A stretch of DNA of 64,000 nucleotides from an uncultured Gammaproteobacteria bacterium (GTDB lineage: Bacteria; Patescibacteriota; Patescibacteriia; Magasanikbacterales; JBBTQS01): positions 173,705 to 237,704 of the forward strand of contig OZ246400.1 in the NCBI GenBank assembly GCA_965230935.1. Direction: 5' to 3'. The position numbers were made by a program, and so were the translations under genes. This document shows, piece by piece, positions 26,882-36,441 of the stretch (its first letter is position 1; the number at the start of each line of letters is the position of its first letter). The notes under the pieces were generated by a model. It was not told the origin of the DNA. It searched no databases and saw nothing but the letters and a program-made list of their open reading frames with translations.

Positions 26882-27277
26882 ATGCTTGCATTAACCAAAC
26901 AAGTAGATTACGCAATTCAGCTTATTGGCGGTTTAAAGGGTCTCAAAGAAAATGAGACTGTATCTTTGCGCACGTTTGCTTATGAGTCTAGCATTTCCTT
27001 CCCATTTCTTCAACGGATCGCTCGTCAATTAAAGCAAGCAGGAATTATTGTATCCCAAAAAGGCAAAGATGGGGGATATCGTTTGGCACGTGAGCCACGA
27101 TCAATCACGGTGCAAGATTTAGTTGACGCAATTGAAGGTAAGACCGGTATCGCCGCGTGTATTAGTAATCCAGGATCGTGTGGATTTGAAGATATGTGTA
27201 GTAGTAAAGATGTTATTGAAGTACTTAATTTTGAAATTTCAGAGTTATTGCGCAGCGTAACTGCGGCCGACTTTTAA
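26882..27277 (+). CDS. Rrf2-family transcriptional regulator (IscR-like)
   Basis: N-terminal wHTH (TKQVDYAIQLIG..., VSLRTFAYESSISFPFLQRIARQLKQAGIIVSQKGKDGGYRLAR) and a C-terminal Cys cluster (CISNPGSCGFEDMC). Confidence 0.88.
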   Translation: MLALTKQVDYAIQLIGGLKGLKENETVSLRTFAYESSISFPFLQRIARQLKQAGIIVSQKGKDGGYRLAREPRSITVQDLVDAIEGKTGIAACISNPGSCGFEDMCSSKDVIEVLNFEISELLRSVTAADF

Positions 27278-27280
27278 TCT

Positions 27281-28591
27281 ATGTTAGGAACTATAATCCC
27301 AAAAGAGCAGCGCAAGGAGGTGTACCTTGATCATGCTGCAGCCACACCAATGGCTGAGGAAGTTATCGACGCAATGCAGCCGTACTTTACTCAACACTAT
27401 GGCAATCCCGGAGGGTTATATCGTAAAGGTCGTGAGGCTATGCAAGCGATTTCTGCCGCACGTGCGAAAGTGGCAAAACTATTTTGTACACAACCAGAGC
27501 AAATTTTGTTTGTAGGAAGTGGTACGGAAAGTGATAACTTGGCAATCTTTGGTATTGCGCGAGCGTATTCAGCACAGGGGAAACATATTGTGTCGAGTGC
27601 AATTGAGCATCATGCCGTACTGCATCCACTTAAGCAACTTAAAAAAGAGGGGTATGAAATAAATAACGCGGTTGTCGGTGTTGACGGGCAGATAACCCCT
27701 GAGGCAGTAATTGAGCAATTACGCGAAGATACCATTCTTGTCTCTGTTATGTACGCCAATAATGAGATCGGTACTATCAATCCCATTGCTGGTATTGGCC
27801 GTGCGATCTTGAAATGGAAAAAAGAACATGGACGCAAACCTACTGATGCTCCTTTTTTTCACACCGATGCATGTCAGGCATCAGGAGCATTGGAACTTTC
27901 TGTCGAAAAACTCCATGTTGATTTGATGACCATCAACGGTTCAAAGATCTATGGGCCAAAGGGGGTGGGAGTATTATATGCACGACGAGGGGTTCGATTG
28001 CAAAAAATGATCTACGGAGGTACTCAGGAGTTTCGCAAGCGTGCCGGGACGGAGAATGTAGCGAGTATTGTTGGTTTGGCGACTGCGCTTGAGTTCATGC
28101 AGCAGCACAAAACGTCAGAAAACACACGGTTGATTGGACTGCGGGATTGGTTTACTACCGAGGTGCTCAAGCGTATTCCCAAAACAGTCCTTAATGGACA
28201 CGCGATTGATCGTTTGCCAAATAACATTAATATTTCTTTCCTTGATATTGAAGGAGAGGCATTGATTTTGTATCTGGACGAGTACGGCATTAGTGTATCT
28301 ACTGGTAGTGCTTGCACGTCCGAGACACTTGATCCCTCTCATGTCATTGTCGGGATTGGGAAACCATATGAATATGCCCATAGCAGTATGCGCTTTACGC
28401 TTGGCAAAGACACCACACAAGAGGATCTTGAATATGTGCTTACTGTCCTTGAGCCAACAGTCAAATTTTTGCGTACGATCTCGCCAGTGAATGTATCCAT
28501 GGAAGCAGATAGTAAAGACGTCACACTCCAGTCTGCATTTGTGGACGATGGCGTGCCACATTTTGTTAAAAAACAACAACGTAATACATAG
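27281..28591 (+). CDS. cysteine desulfurase (NifS/IscS family)
   Basis: Class-V aminotransferase; PLP-Lys region (TINGSKIYGPKGVG) and SGSACTS active-site Cys loop. Confidence 0.92.
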   Translation: MLGTIIPKEQRKEVYLDHAAATPMAEEVIDAMQPYFTQHYGNPGGLYRKGREAMQAISAARAKVAKLFCTQPEQILFVGSGTESDNLAIFGIARAYSAQGKHIVSSAIEHHAVLHPLKQLKKEGYEINNAVVGVDGQITPEAVIEQLREDTILVSVMYANNEIGTINPIAGIGRAILKWKKEHGRKPTDAPFFHTDACQASGALELSVEKLHVDLMTINGSKIYGPKGVGVLYARRGVRLQKMIYGGTQEFRKRAGTENVASIVGLATALEFMQQHKTSENTRLIGLRDWFTTEVLKRIPKTVLNGHAIDRLPNNINISFLDIEGEALILYLDEYGISVSTGSACTSETLDPSHVIVGIGKPYEYAHSSMRFTLGKDTTQEDLEYVLTVLEPTVKFLRTISPVNVSMEADSKDVTLQSAFVDDGVPHFVKKQQRNT

Positions 28592-28592
28592 T

Positions 28593-29276
28593 ATGAATAG
28601 CAAACCAAAACCAATGCAGCCAACAGCAAAGGCCGGTGCTGATGTGGTAAACGAACATACCGGTCAGCAATGGGTGTACTCACCGATTGTAAAAGATCAC
28701 TTTTTCAATCCACGAAATCTTTTGCTGGATGAGCCAGATGATGCCAATTTTGATGCTCGCGGGACTGTGGGATCACCTGCCTGTGGGGATGTAATGGACA
28801 TTTGGTTAACCGTCGATCCGAAAACTGATTGCATTGCAGATCTAAAGTGGAAAACATTTGGGTGCGGCTCTGCTATTGCAGCAACCTCGATGTTCTCAGT
28901 AATGCTCACTGAAAATGGCGGTATGAAACTTGATGACGCACTCAATGTTCGACCACAAGATATTATGGTGCGCTTGGGTGGGTTGCCGAATCGCAAAATC
29001 CATTGTTCAGTTTTAGCTGATAAAGCATTTCATAAGGCAGTAAACAACTATTTTCGAAATTCAGGACAGACAGATCGTATTGTGGTGGAAGGAAAGCGAG
29101 TTATTGATCCAGCAACGAACACTACGGACAAGGATATTGAAGAGGCGGTTCTTGAAGGTGCACAAAATCTTGAAGAGGTTCAAGAAAAACTTAAAGTGGC
29201 AATTGGTGCTGATCTCGGAGTTCGCGAGGATGTTGAAAAGTTAATCAGATTTTACTCAGAGAAATATTATGGCTAA
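28593..29276 (+). CDS. NifU/IscU-like Fe-S cluster scaffold protein
   Basis: Three conserved Cys (GSPACGD; FGCGSAIA; HCSVLA). ATG 28593 is immediately after the nifS stop; the track ORF starts earlier (28491) inside nifS. Confidence 0.88.
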   Translation: MNSKPKPMQPTAKAGADVVNEHTGQQWVYSPIVKDHFFNPRNLLLDEPDDANFDARGTVGSPACGDVMDIWLTVDPKTDCIADLKWKTFGCGSAIAATSMFSVMLTENGGMKLDDALNVRPQDIMVRLGGLPNRKIHCSVLADKAFHKAVNNYFRNSGQTDRIVVEGKRVIDPATNTTDKDIEEAVLEGAQNLEEVQEKLKVAIGADLGVREDVEKLIRFYSEKYYG

Positions 29277-29336
29277 TGTTGATTTTTCCTCTGGTTACCA
29301 GTATGCTGGTGGTGCAGATTTCTTAATATAAATAAT

Positions 29337-29639
29337 ATGGATACTCCTGAGACACCTTCAGCAAAATCACAAGATGAGTTTGAGTTTACTGCAGATGTGA
29401 AACCACGCAAAACCGGGAAGATACGGAAGATTGTTGTTGATCAAGACGGCTGCATTGGCGCGGGAAGTTGTGTTGCCGTAACTCCGGGCGTATTTCAATT
29501 GGATGATGAAGATAAAGCATATATCGTTGATCCAGAATCAGCAGATGACGACATGTTGCTGATGTCTGCACAAAGTTGTCCAGTATTGGCGATCCATTTA
29601 TACGATGAAGAGGGGAATAAAATTTTCCCAGAAGCCTAA
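29337..29639 (+). CDS. ferredoxin (single-cluster, CxxGxC...CP type)
   Basis: DQDGCIGAGSCVAVTP ... SCPVLAI pattern of mono-cluster ferredoxins. Confidence 0.7.
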   Translation: MDTPETPSAKSQDEFEFTADVKPRKTGKIRKIVVDQDGCIGAGSCVAVTPGVFQLDDEDKAYIVDPESADDDMLLMSAQSCPVLAIHLYDEEGNKIFPEA

Positions 29640-29641
29640 AT

Positions 29642-30313
29642 ATGCTTGGCACGCTTTTTGTTGTTGGCACACCGATTGGAAATTTATCAGATTGTAGTGC
29701 TCGCACGCTTGAAACACTCAAGCGTGTTTCATATATTTTGGCCGAAGATACGCGAGTAGCGAAAAAACTACTCACCCATTTTGCTATCTCCACACCAGCG
29801 AAGCGTCTTGATATGCACAGTAGTGCAAAAACATTTTCGCTAACACTTGCTGATTTGCAATCTGGTAAAGATGTTGCATTGATTAGTGACGCCGGCACGC
29901 CGACAATTGCTGATCCTGGGGCGCAATGTATTGCCTATGTGCTGCAACATGAACCCACACTTGTGGTGAGTCCAATTCCCGGACCAAGCGCACTCACTGC
30001 AGCACTCTCTGTTGCTGGTTTTCCAAGTAGTTCATTTACCTTCTATGGGTTTGCTCCGGCGAAAAAAGGTAGGCACAATTTTTTTAAACGAATCGCTAAT
30101 CGCGCTGAAGTTGTGGTTTTGTTTGAGTCGGTGCATCGCATTACCAAAACACTCCAAGAGCTTAAAGAGCACATCGGTGATCGCCCGGTAATAGTTGCGC
30201 GTGAATTGACGAAACAATTTGAAACAGTATATCGTGGAAGTATTGCAACGATTCTCGAAAATGGAATTGTTGAAAAAGGCGAGTTTGTCATTGTGGTTTC
30301 CCCGAAAAAATGA
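29642..30313 (+). CDS. rsmI: 16S rRNA (cytidine1402-2'-O)-methyltransferase
   Basis: Tetrapyrrole-methylase fold with the characteristic N-terminus (LFVVGTPIGNLSDCSARTLETLKRVSYILAEDTR). Confidence 0.85.
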   Translation: MLGTLFVVGTPIGNLSDCSARTLETLKRVSYILAEDTRVAKKLLTHFAISTPAKRLDMHSSAKTFSLTLADLQSGKDVALISDAGTPTIADPGAQCIAYVLQHEPTLVVSPIPGPSALTAALSVAGFPSSSFTFYGFAPAKKGRHNFFKRIANRAEVVVLFESVHRITKTLQELKEHIGDRPVIVARELTKQFETVYRGSIATILENGIVEKGEFVIVVSPKK

Positions 30314-30602
30314 CATCATTAGTTCTGATGGTTCTGAGAAAATAAAAACGAGGCTCCCCAAACGTAGTGCGTTCGCAGCGTACGCTGTAGAGGAGCCCCG
30401 CAACAGGTGCAGCCGACTTGGTCCCGCGGCCAAGCCAACGGTTTGCCTGAGCAGTCTCAGAAGCAGTGTCTTACAACACGGCCAGAGAACCGTCTGGTTC
30501 CGTCTGGTCCCATTCAGTTCCGAGGAGATATGTGGCCGGAGCGCACGCGCTCACTCCTCAAAAACTGCCCAAGTGGTGCAAGTATATTACTAAACCGTAT
30601 AT
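30314..30602. other. 290-bp GC-rich non-coding island (candidate structured RNA or decayed high-GC remnant)
   Basis: No credible ORF. Visibly GC-rich against AT-rich flanks. Tandem CCGTCTGGT x2 at 30492-30511 and several short palindromes (cgtacg, gcgcgc). Confidence 0.4.
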
Positions 30603-32135
30603 ATGTCAAGCAGAAAATCAAATTCTCGATTCTATATCACCACACCGATCTACTATATTAATGACCGTCCCCATATTGGGCATGCCTATACCACGATCAT
30701 TGCTGATGTGCTTGCACGTTATCACCGCATGTGCGGTAAAGAGGTGGTATTTGTAACCGGTACTGATGAGAACTCTCAAAAAAGTGTTGAAGCAGCGAAG
30801 AAGAGTGGTGTTGAAGCAGTGGGCACGTATATTGATGAAATGGCAGCTATTTGGGAGCAGACCTGGGATTCAATTGGTATTACCAACACAGATTTTATTC
30901 GCACCACACAACCACGACATATTGAAGGGGTTCGTGTGTTTTATGAGCACGTATTTGCCGCAGGGGATATTTACAAGGGTGAATACGTCGGTCTGTATTG
31001 TGTCGGGTGCGAAGCTTTTTATAAAGAAAGTGATCTAGACGAGCAAGGGCATTGTCCAGATCACAAGACTCCACCACAAAAACTTACTGAGGAAAATTGG
31101 TTTTTCAAACTTTCTGCATATCGCGAAAAATTACTGGCATACATCGAAGCAAACCCAGATTTTGTGCAGCCAGTTTCTCGTCGAAATGAGGTGGTCAACT
31201 ACATTACCCATCACATGGAGGACATCAGCATCTCTCGTCAGTCGCAAGAGTGGGGGATTCCGGTTCCAAATGACGAAACACAAGTACTGTATGTGTGGTT
31301 TGATGCATTGCTTAATTATATAACTGCACTTGGATATGGTGCTGATGATCGTGGTGCATTCGAAAATTTTTGGCCGGCTGATATCCAGTTGGTTGGGAAG
31401 GATATTTTGAAATTTCACTGTGCCTTGTGGCCGGCAATGCTTATGAGCGCAGGTGTTGCTCCACCAAAACAAGTATTTGCCCATGGATTTTTTACGATCA
31501 ATGGGCAAAAAATGAGCAAGACGCTTGGCAATGTGATTGATCCGGTTGAAATTGGTAACCAATATGGTTTGGATGCCTTGCGGTACTTCTTTATGCGTGA
31601 GATTAAATTTGGTGAGGATGGGGATTTTTCAACGGAGAAGTTGGCTAAGCGGTATCAAAAAGATCTTGGAGATGAGCTGGGCAATTTAGTTTCGCGTGTG
31701 GTGACCATGATGCACAAGTTCGCCGAAGGTGCTATTCCTAAAACTGATGACTCCAAACTATTTGACAGCGCGGCTCCTTGGAAAACTTATCAGCATACTA
31801 TTGAGAAGTTTGACTTTTTTAAAACCATAGAAGTTATTTGGGGGATTGTAGGTGAGGCAAATCGTTTGATTACTGATGAAAAACCGTGGGAGCTCGCCAA
31901 AACAAACAATCCTAAGCTCGGTGGTGTGTTATACTATCTCGCAGATGCGCTGTATCATATAGCATGGATGTTAACTCCGATCATGCCTGAGACTGCAGAT
32001 AAGATGTTGGCACAATTGGGTTGTGATGTTGCGCAAGAGCGTGCACGCGCATTGGCGGATGTGCAAACGTCCCATATTAGTACTGGACAGTCAGTTGGTG
32101 CGTCTGAAATTTTATTTCCTAAACATGAAACATAA
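30603..32135 (+). CDS. metG: methionyl-tRNA synthetase
   Basis: HIGH motif (PHIGHAYT), CxxC zinc knuckle (CVGCEAFY...HCPDH), KMSKT motif. Confidence 0.95.
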   Translation: MSSRKSNSRFYITTPIYYINDRPHIGHAYTTIIADVLARYHRMCGKEVVFVTGTDENSQKSVEAAKKSGVEAVGTYIDEMAAIWEQTWDSIGITNTDFIRTTQPRHIEGVRVFYEHVFAAGDIYKGEYVGLYCVGCEAFYKESDLDEQGHCPDHKTPPQKLTEENWFFKLSAYREKLLAYIEANPDFVQPVSRRNEVVNYITHHMEDISISRQSQEWGIPVPNDETQVLYVWFDALLNYITALGYGADDRGAFENFWPADIQLVGKDILKFHCALWPAMLMSAGVAPPKQVFAHGFFTINGQKMSKTLGNVIDPVEIGNQYGLDALRYFFMREIKFGEDGDFSTEKLAKRYQKDLGDELGNLVSRVVTMMHKFAEGAIPKTDDSKLFDSAAPWKTYQHTIEKFDFFKTIEVIWGIVGEANRLITDEKPWELAKTNNPKLGGVLYYLADALYHIAWMLTPIMPETADKMLAQLGCDVAQERARALADVQTSHISTGQSVGASEILFPKHET

Positions 32136-32142
32136 TTAACGT

Positions 32143-32676
32143 ATGTGGAAAGAAATTTTTAACCCCGATGTATTTTTGTTTGTAGTGCTTTTTGGGTTCA
32201 CCATGTTTGGTTGGTGGGTTGGAGTTATTCATGCGATTGGATCAGTGGTAGGAACGGTTGCCGGTGCATTTGTCGCAACGCACTACAATAATCAAATCAC
32301 TGATTGGGTGTTGTCGAAAATGGATTTTCCAGAAAGTACGGCACATGTGTTGGTATTCTTTATTACGTTTTTTATTGTGAACCGGTTGGTTGGGCTGGTG
32401 TTTTGGATGATCGATCGGTCAGTAAAATTTGCCCGGTTTATTCCGTTTCTTAAATCCATTAATCGCATGTTAGGTGCGATGTTTGGGTTTGTTGAAGGAG
32501 TATTGGTACTTGGTCTGGGGATTGCATACCTTTCCGCATTTCCATTTGGTGCAGGGCTGACTCAGTTTTTCGAGCATTCAACAGCAGCACCTTGGCTGGT
32601 CGATACGGCTGGTGTATTGTTCCCACTGCTGCCAGAGGCATGGGAAAAAGTGGAACACCTTTTTAAGGAGGTATAA
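32143..32676 (+). CDS. CvpA-family membrane protein
   Basis: 4-TM small protein with CvpA-like organisation. Confidence 0.65.
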   Translation: MWKEIFNPDVFLFVVLFGFTMFGWWVGVIHAIGSVVGTVAGAFVATHYNNQITDWVLSKMDFPESTAHVLVFFITFFIVNRLVGLVFWMIDRSVKFARFIPFLKSINRMLGAMFGFVEGVLVLGLGIAYLSAFPFGAGLTQFFEHSTAAPWLVDTAGVLFPLLPEAWEKVEHLFKEV

Positions 32677-32678
32677 CT

Positions 32679-33533
32679 ATGGAATTATTTGATACGCACT
32701 GTCATGTACATTTCAATGCCTATAAGGACGACATGCACGATGTCGTTTCTCGTTCTTTGGCCAAAGGAGTACAGATGGTGACAATTGGGACACAAAAAGA
32801 TACCAGCCGAGCTGGCGTAGAACTTGCCCGGCAGTATGATGGACTGTGGGCTGCAGTCGCGCTTCATCCTAACCACTTGTTTCCTGTGCACATTGATGAA
32901 GATGAGGTTCCGTTTATCACGCGTGAAGAAGATTTTGATTATACGTATTATAAAGAACTTGCCCAAGACCCAAATGTTGTAGCAATTGGGGAGTGTGGTC
33001 TTGATTGGTATCGGATTCCTGATGATCGGGATATCGAAGAAGTAAAAGCAAGGCAATTTCAAGTATTTGCTCAACATCTTGATTTGGCTACAGATGTGCG
33101 TTTGCCAGTAATTATTCATTGTCGTGATGCGCATGCTGAGTGTGCTGAAGTTTTGGAAAAATACATTGCTGAGGGCAAGCTAGATCGCAGAGGAATCATT
33201 CATTGTTTTACCGGAACACTTGATGAAGCGATGCGTTATATTGATCTTGGATTTGTGATTTCTATTCCGGGGATTATTACCTTTCCTCCTAAAAAAGGAG
33301 ATGGACTCACGCCACTACAAGAAGTGGTAAAACAAATTCCACTTGAGCATATGGTTATTGAAACCGATGCTCCATACCTCACACCAGTACCATATCGTGG
33401 TAAGCGCAATGAACCGTGGTATGTGCAGTTTGTTGCACAAACCATTGCTGAGTTAAAAGGCATTTCTACTGAAGAGGTCGCCCGTACCACGACACAAACA
33501 GCAAAAAAATTATTTGACCTTATCAAGATATGA
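32679..33533 (+). CDS. TatD-family metal-dependent DNase/hydrolase
   Basis: LFDTHCHV N-terminal motif, GECGLD, HCR/HCF motifs. Confidence 0.9.
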   Translation: MELFDTHCHVHFNAYKDDMHDVVSRSLAKGVQMVTIGTQKDTSRAGVELARQYDGLWAAVALHPNHLFPVHIDEDEVPFITREEDFDYTYYKELAQDPNVVAIGECGLDWYRIPDDRDIEEVKARQFQVFAQHLDLATDVRLPVIIHCRDAHAECAEVLEKYIAEGKLDRRGIIHCFTGTLDEAMRYIDLGFVISIPGIITFPPKKGDGLTPLQEVVKQIPLEHMVIETDAPYLTPVPYRGKRNEPWYVQFVAQTIAELKGISTEEVARTTTQTAKKLFDLIKI

Positions 33534-34315
33534 ACATCATGGAACAAAAGATTCAGGACATTGCCCGTGAAGCCGGAAAGATCACCATGCAATATTTTCG
33601 AAAAGCTGATTTGCAGCAAAAGGGAAAAACAAGTAAGTCAGATATTGTTACCGAAGCGGATTTAGCGGCTGATGCATATGTGAAGCAGGAAATTCAAAAG
33701 TATTTTCCTGAGCATGGCATTATCTCCGAAGAGCTTGATGACTATCAAACTGATGCTGAATATGTATGGACCATTGATCCGGTTGATGGTACGCGAAATT
33801 TTGCAAGTGGGTTTCCGTTGTTTGCAGTAATGCTTGCTACTGTGCGCAACGGCGAAGTAATACTCAGTGCTGTGTACCAACCTTTTTTTGACGTGATGTA
33901 CTTTGCGAAAAAAGGGGAGGGGGCGTTTAAAAACGGAAAGAATATCACTTGTTCGACAACTGATGAGCATTCTTTTGCCTACGGATGTCTTGGCACCAAC
34001 CTCAATCAACCGGAGATTGCATCCGCATGGAAAAAATTGATCAACCAAGACGACCGCGATGGTCTATGGGTAAATGCTCTTGGGTGTGCTGGGTTTGTTC
34101 AACCGATGACTGCTGATGGCACTCGTGATTGGGTATATCAGGTTGCAGGCGGTATTTGGGATGTGGCTCCCGGCTATTTACTCCTAAAAGAGGCAGGCTG
34201 TACTGTCACCCATGTTGATGGCACACCATGGAAGTTTGCCCAAGGAGTAAAAGACATTTTGGCTGCCAATCCAAAGCTTCATCCACAGATTGTTCACATT
34301 TTGGCTAAATCTTAA
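33530..34315 (+). CDS. inositol monophosphatase family protein
   Basis: WTIDPVDGT metal-binding motif and C-terminal WDVAPG motif. Confidence 0.88.
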   Translation: MNIMEQKIQDIAREAGKITMQYFRKADLQQKGKTSKSDIVTEADLAADAYVKQEIQKYFPEHGIISEELDDYQTDAEYVWTIDPVDGTRNFASGFPLFAVMLATVRNGEVILSAVYQPFFDVMYFAKKGEGAFKNGKNITCSTTDEHSFAYGCLGTNLNQPEIASAWKKLINQDDRDGLWVNALGCAGFVQPMTADGTRDWVYQVAGGIWDVAPGYLLLKEAGCTVTHVDGTPWKFAQGVKDILAANPKLHPQIVHILAKS

Positions 34316-34359
34316 GGATTTGTGATGCTTGGGATTTGTTGTTCAAAATCAAAACTTTC

Positions 34360-34388
34360 TTGACAAAAAAGTAGAATTTGGCTACAAT
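34360..34388 (+). promoter_or_regulatory. consensus sigma70 promoter of the atp operon (TTGACA-17-TACAAT)
   Basis: tcTTGACAaaaaagtagaatttggcTACAATac. Confidence 0.75.
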
Positions 34389-34689
34389 ACAGCCGTTCTA
34401 TTTTCTTTTTTTAAAGCCTGTGGATAACGAATTACCTAAAACTGGTAAAAAATCTTCAGGAATCGGTGCTAACTATACCAGGTTTGCTCTACGAATTGTT
34501 GCAGATTTTGGAGCTACTATTGCTGTCCCAGTTGTGCTTTTTGCCTGGATCGGTAAGCGTCTAGACACCAAATATGATACTGCACCTTGGTTGTTGATCA
34601 CTGGTTTTGTGCTTGCAGCAGTTATCTCGGTATTGAGTATCAGAAAAAAAGCAAAAAAACTCGGTAAAGAATTTGAGAAGATGAATTAA
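34378..34689 (+). CDS. AtpZ/AtpI-like small membrane protein (ATP synthase protein I family)
   Basis: Two TM helices (RFALRIVADFGATIAVPVVLFAWIGKRLD...PWLLITGFVLAAVISVL) immediately upstream of atpB. The track ORF begins at a TTG inside the -10 box; the real start is probably a downstream non-ATG codon (e.g. GTG 34420). Confidence 0.6.
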   Translation: MATIQPFYFLFLKPVDNELPKTGKKSSGIGANYTRFALRIVADFGATIAVPVVLFAWIGKRLDTKYDTAPWLLITGFVLAAVISVLSIRKKAKKLGKEFEKMN

Positions 34690-34696
34690 GTTACGT

Positions 34697-35494
34697 ATGG
34701 AAATACCACTTGCTGCAGAAGCAATTTTCCACATTGGCTCATGGCCAGTGACCAACTCCATGATTAATGCATGGATCGCAGTGGTGTTTTTTGTACTTAT
34801 TGGTCTGGCGGTTCGCAACAAAAAAGCAGCGGTCCCGCGAGGAATCCAAAACGTGATGGAAGCAATAGTCGAGTTTATGACTGACTTTATTGTAAAACTC
34901 GTAGGAGATCGAAAGCGTGCTGAACAATTTTTGCCAATTGTAGGCACGTTGTTTTTATTTATCCTCATAAGTAACTGGATGGGGCTTATTCCTGGCACCG
35001 GAACCATCGGCATTTGGGAAATGCATCATGGTAAGATCGTATTGGTTCCATTTTTGCGTCCTGCTGGATCAGATCTCAACATGACGCTTGCTATGGCACT
35101 GTTGGCAGTGACGGTCTCTCATTTTGCCGGGATTGTTGCTATTGGATTTTTCAAACACCTCAACAAATTTGTACAGCTTGGTTCAGTATTTAAAAGCATT
35201 ACCAAAGGACCATTGGCAATCTTTGTAGCGCTCATCGAATTTGTGGTTGGACTTATTGAGATCGTCAGTGAAGTTGCTAAAGTGGTTTCACTCTCTTTGC
35301 GTTTGTTTGGAAACATCTTCGCCGGAGAAGTGCTGCTTACCGTGATGATTGGCTTGATTGCCTATGGTGTTCCAATTCCGTTTATGTTTATGGAGTTGAT
35401 TGTGGGATTTGTACAAGCGTTGGTGTTTGCTGGTTTAGTCTTGGTGTATTTAATGGTCGCGGTTTCAGAACCGCACGAACAAGAAGCCCATTAG
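34697..35494 (+). CDS. atpB: F0F1 ATP synthase subunit a
   Basis: Conserved subunit-a essential Arg region (SLSLRLFGNIFAGE). Confidence 0.95.
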   Translation: MEIPLAAEAIFHIGSWPVTNSMINAWIAVVFFVLIGLAVRNKKAAVPRGIQNVMEAIVEFMTDFIVKLVGDRKRAEQFLPIVGTLFLFILISNWMGLIPGTGTIGIWEMHHGKIVLVPFLRPAGSDLNMTLAMALLAVTVSHFAGIVAIGFFKHLNKFVQLGSVFKSITKGPLAIFVALIEFVVGLIEIVSEVAKVVSLSLRLFGNIFAGEVLLTVMIGLIAYGVPIPFMFMELIVGFVQALVFAGLVLVYLMVAVSEPHEQEAH

Positions 35495-35607
35495 TGAGTT
35501 GTGGTTGGTCTTGGCCTAAGGGAGCAAGACCAACCGTAATTCATTAAGCGTAGTATTCGGAGGTTAAAAATCCAAGTTCCCCTCCAGAAGAACCGCAGGA
35601 GAATTTT

Positions 35608-35826
35608 ATGGACGCAGAAATGATGCGTTTGCTCAGCAAGGCACTGGTAATGGCCATCGGTGGTTTTGCACCAGCACTTGCGATCGGTAAGCTTGTTGCA
35701 AAAGCCATGGAGGCTATTGGTCGCAACCCAGAGGCCGCAGGTAAAGTGTTTGTTCCCATGCTTTTGGGCGCAGCGTTTGCTGAAGCGATCGCGATTTACG
35801 CACTGGTTATTGCATTTACCCTGTAA
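35608..35826 (+). CDS. atpE: F0F1 ATP synthase subunit c
   Basis: 72-aa hairpin proteolipid with conserved carboxylate ([15 protein letters not shown]). Confidence 0.93.
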   Translation: MDAEMMRLLSKALVMAIGGFAPALAIGKLVAKAMEAIGRNPEAAGKVFVPMLLGAAFAEAIAIYALVIAFTL

Positions 35827-35876
35827 TTAAACCGTTCTTGTGGTGCGCGTGCGCACCACAGATAACCGTTTGAATT

Positions 35877-36440
35877 ATGATTGATATTGTCCATGCCGCA
35901 GAGATTGCCAAAGACGCTGCACATGCAGTGGAGGCAACCGCAAGTGCAAACCCGATTGGAACATTTGGGTTAAATCTTAAGTTGTTTATTGCCCAGTTGG
36001 TCAACTTTGCAATTGTGTTGTTGGTGTTGTGGAAATGGGTATACAAACCATTGCTTAAGATTTTACGAGAGCGAACTGATACCATTGAAAAATCACTTGC
36101 CGATGCAAAACAAATTGAACAAGATCGTCTTGCAGCAGATGAAACAACGGCGGCACAGATTAAACAAGCTAAAGAAGAGGCGCGTGCAATCATTGCGCAA
36201 TCTGCAGAAAAAGCAGAGGCACTTGCGCTTGCAGGTAAGGAAAAAGCAACACAAGAAGTGGAGCAATTGGTGGCACAAGCGAAAGCGCAAATCGCAAGTG
36301 AGCGCACAGCAATGAAAGAAGAGTTAAAAGCTGAGACGATGACGCTGGCGGTAGCGGTAGCGCAAAAGATTTTGCAGGAGAAGATTGACACTAAGGCAGA
36401 CGCGACGCTAATTGCTAAAGCAGTTGATTCAGTGAAATAA
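35877..36440 (+). CDS. atpF: F0F1 ATP synthase subunit b
   Basis: N-terminal TM helix followed by a long charged coiled coil. Position between atpE and atpH. Confidence 0.85.
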   Translation: MIDIVHAAEIAKDAAHAVEATASANPIGTFGLNLKLFIAQLVNFAIVLLVLWKWVYKPLLKILRERTDTIEKSLADAKQIEQDRLAADETTAAQIKQAKEEARAIIAQSAEKAEALALAGKEKATQEVEQLVAQAKAQIASERTAMKEELKAETMTLAVAVAQKILQEKIDTKADATLIAKAVDSVK

Positions 36441-36441
36441 T

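Noticed and set aside
30314-30602. SRP (4.5S) RNA, tmRNA, RNase P RNA, T-box or SAM riboswitch identity for the GC-rich spacer
   Set aside because: cccgcaac and gaagcag resemble bits of 4.5S RNA. However, there is no GGAA/GNRA tetraloop helix-8 motif, no tRNA-like GGTTCGA...CCA end (tmRNA), no AGGAAAGTCCGGGCTCC / ACAGAACCCGGCTTA (RNase P) and no AGGGTGGTACCGCG T-box. The assignment is left open.
30219-30756. Track ORFs 30219-30593, 30407-30661 and 30466-30756 in the GC-rich spacer before metG
   Set aside because: Translations are low-complexity and nonsense-like (…SRLGPAAKPTVCLSSLRSS…). They overlap each other and the metG start. Open frames are expected by chance in GC-rich DNA. The region is treated as non-coding.
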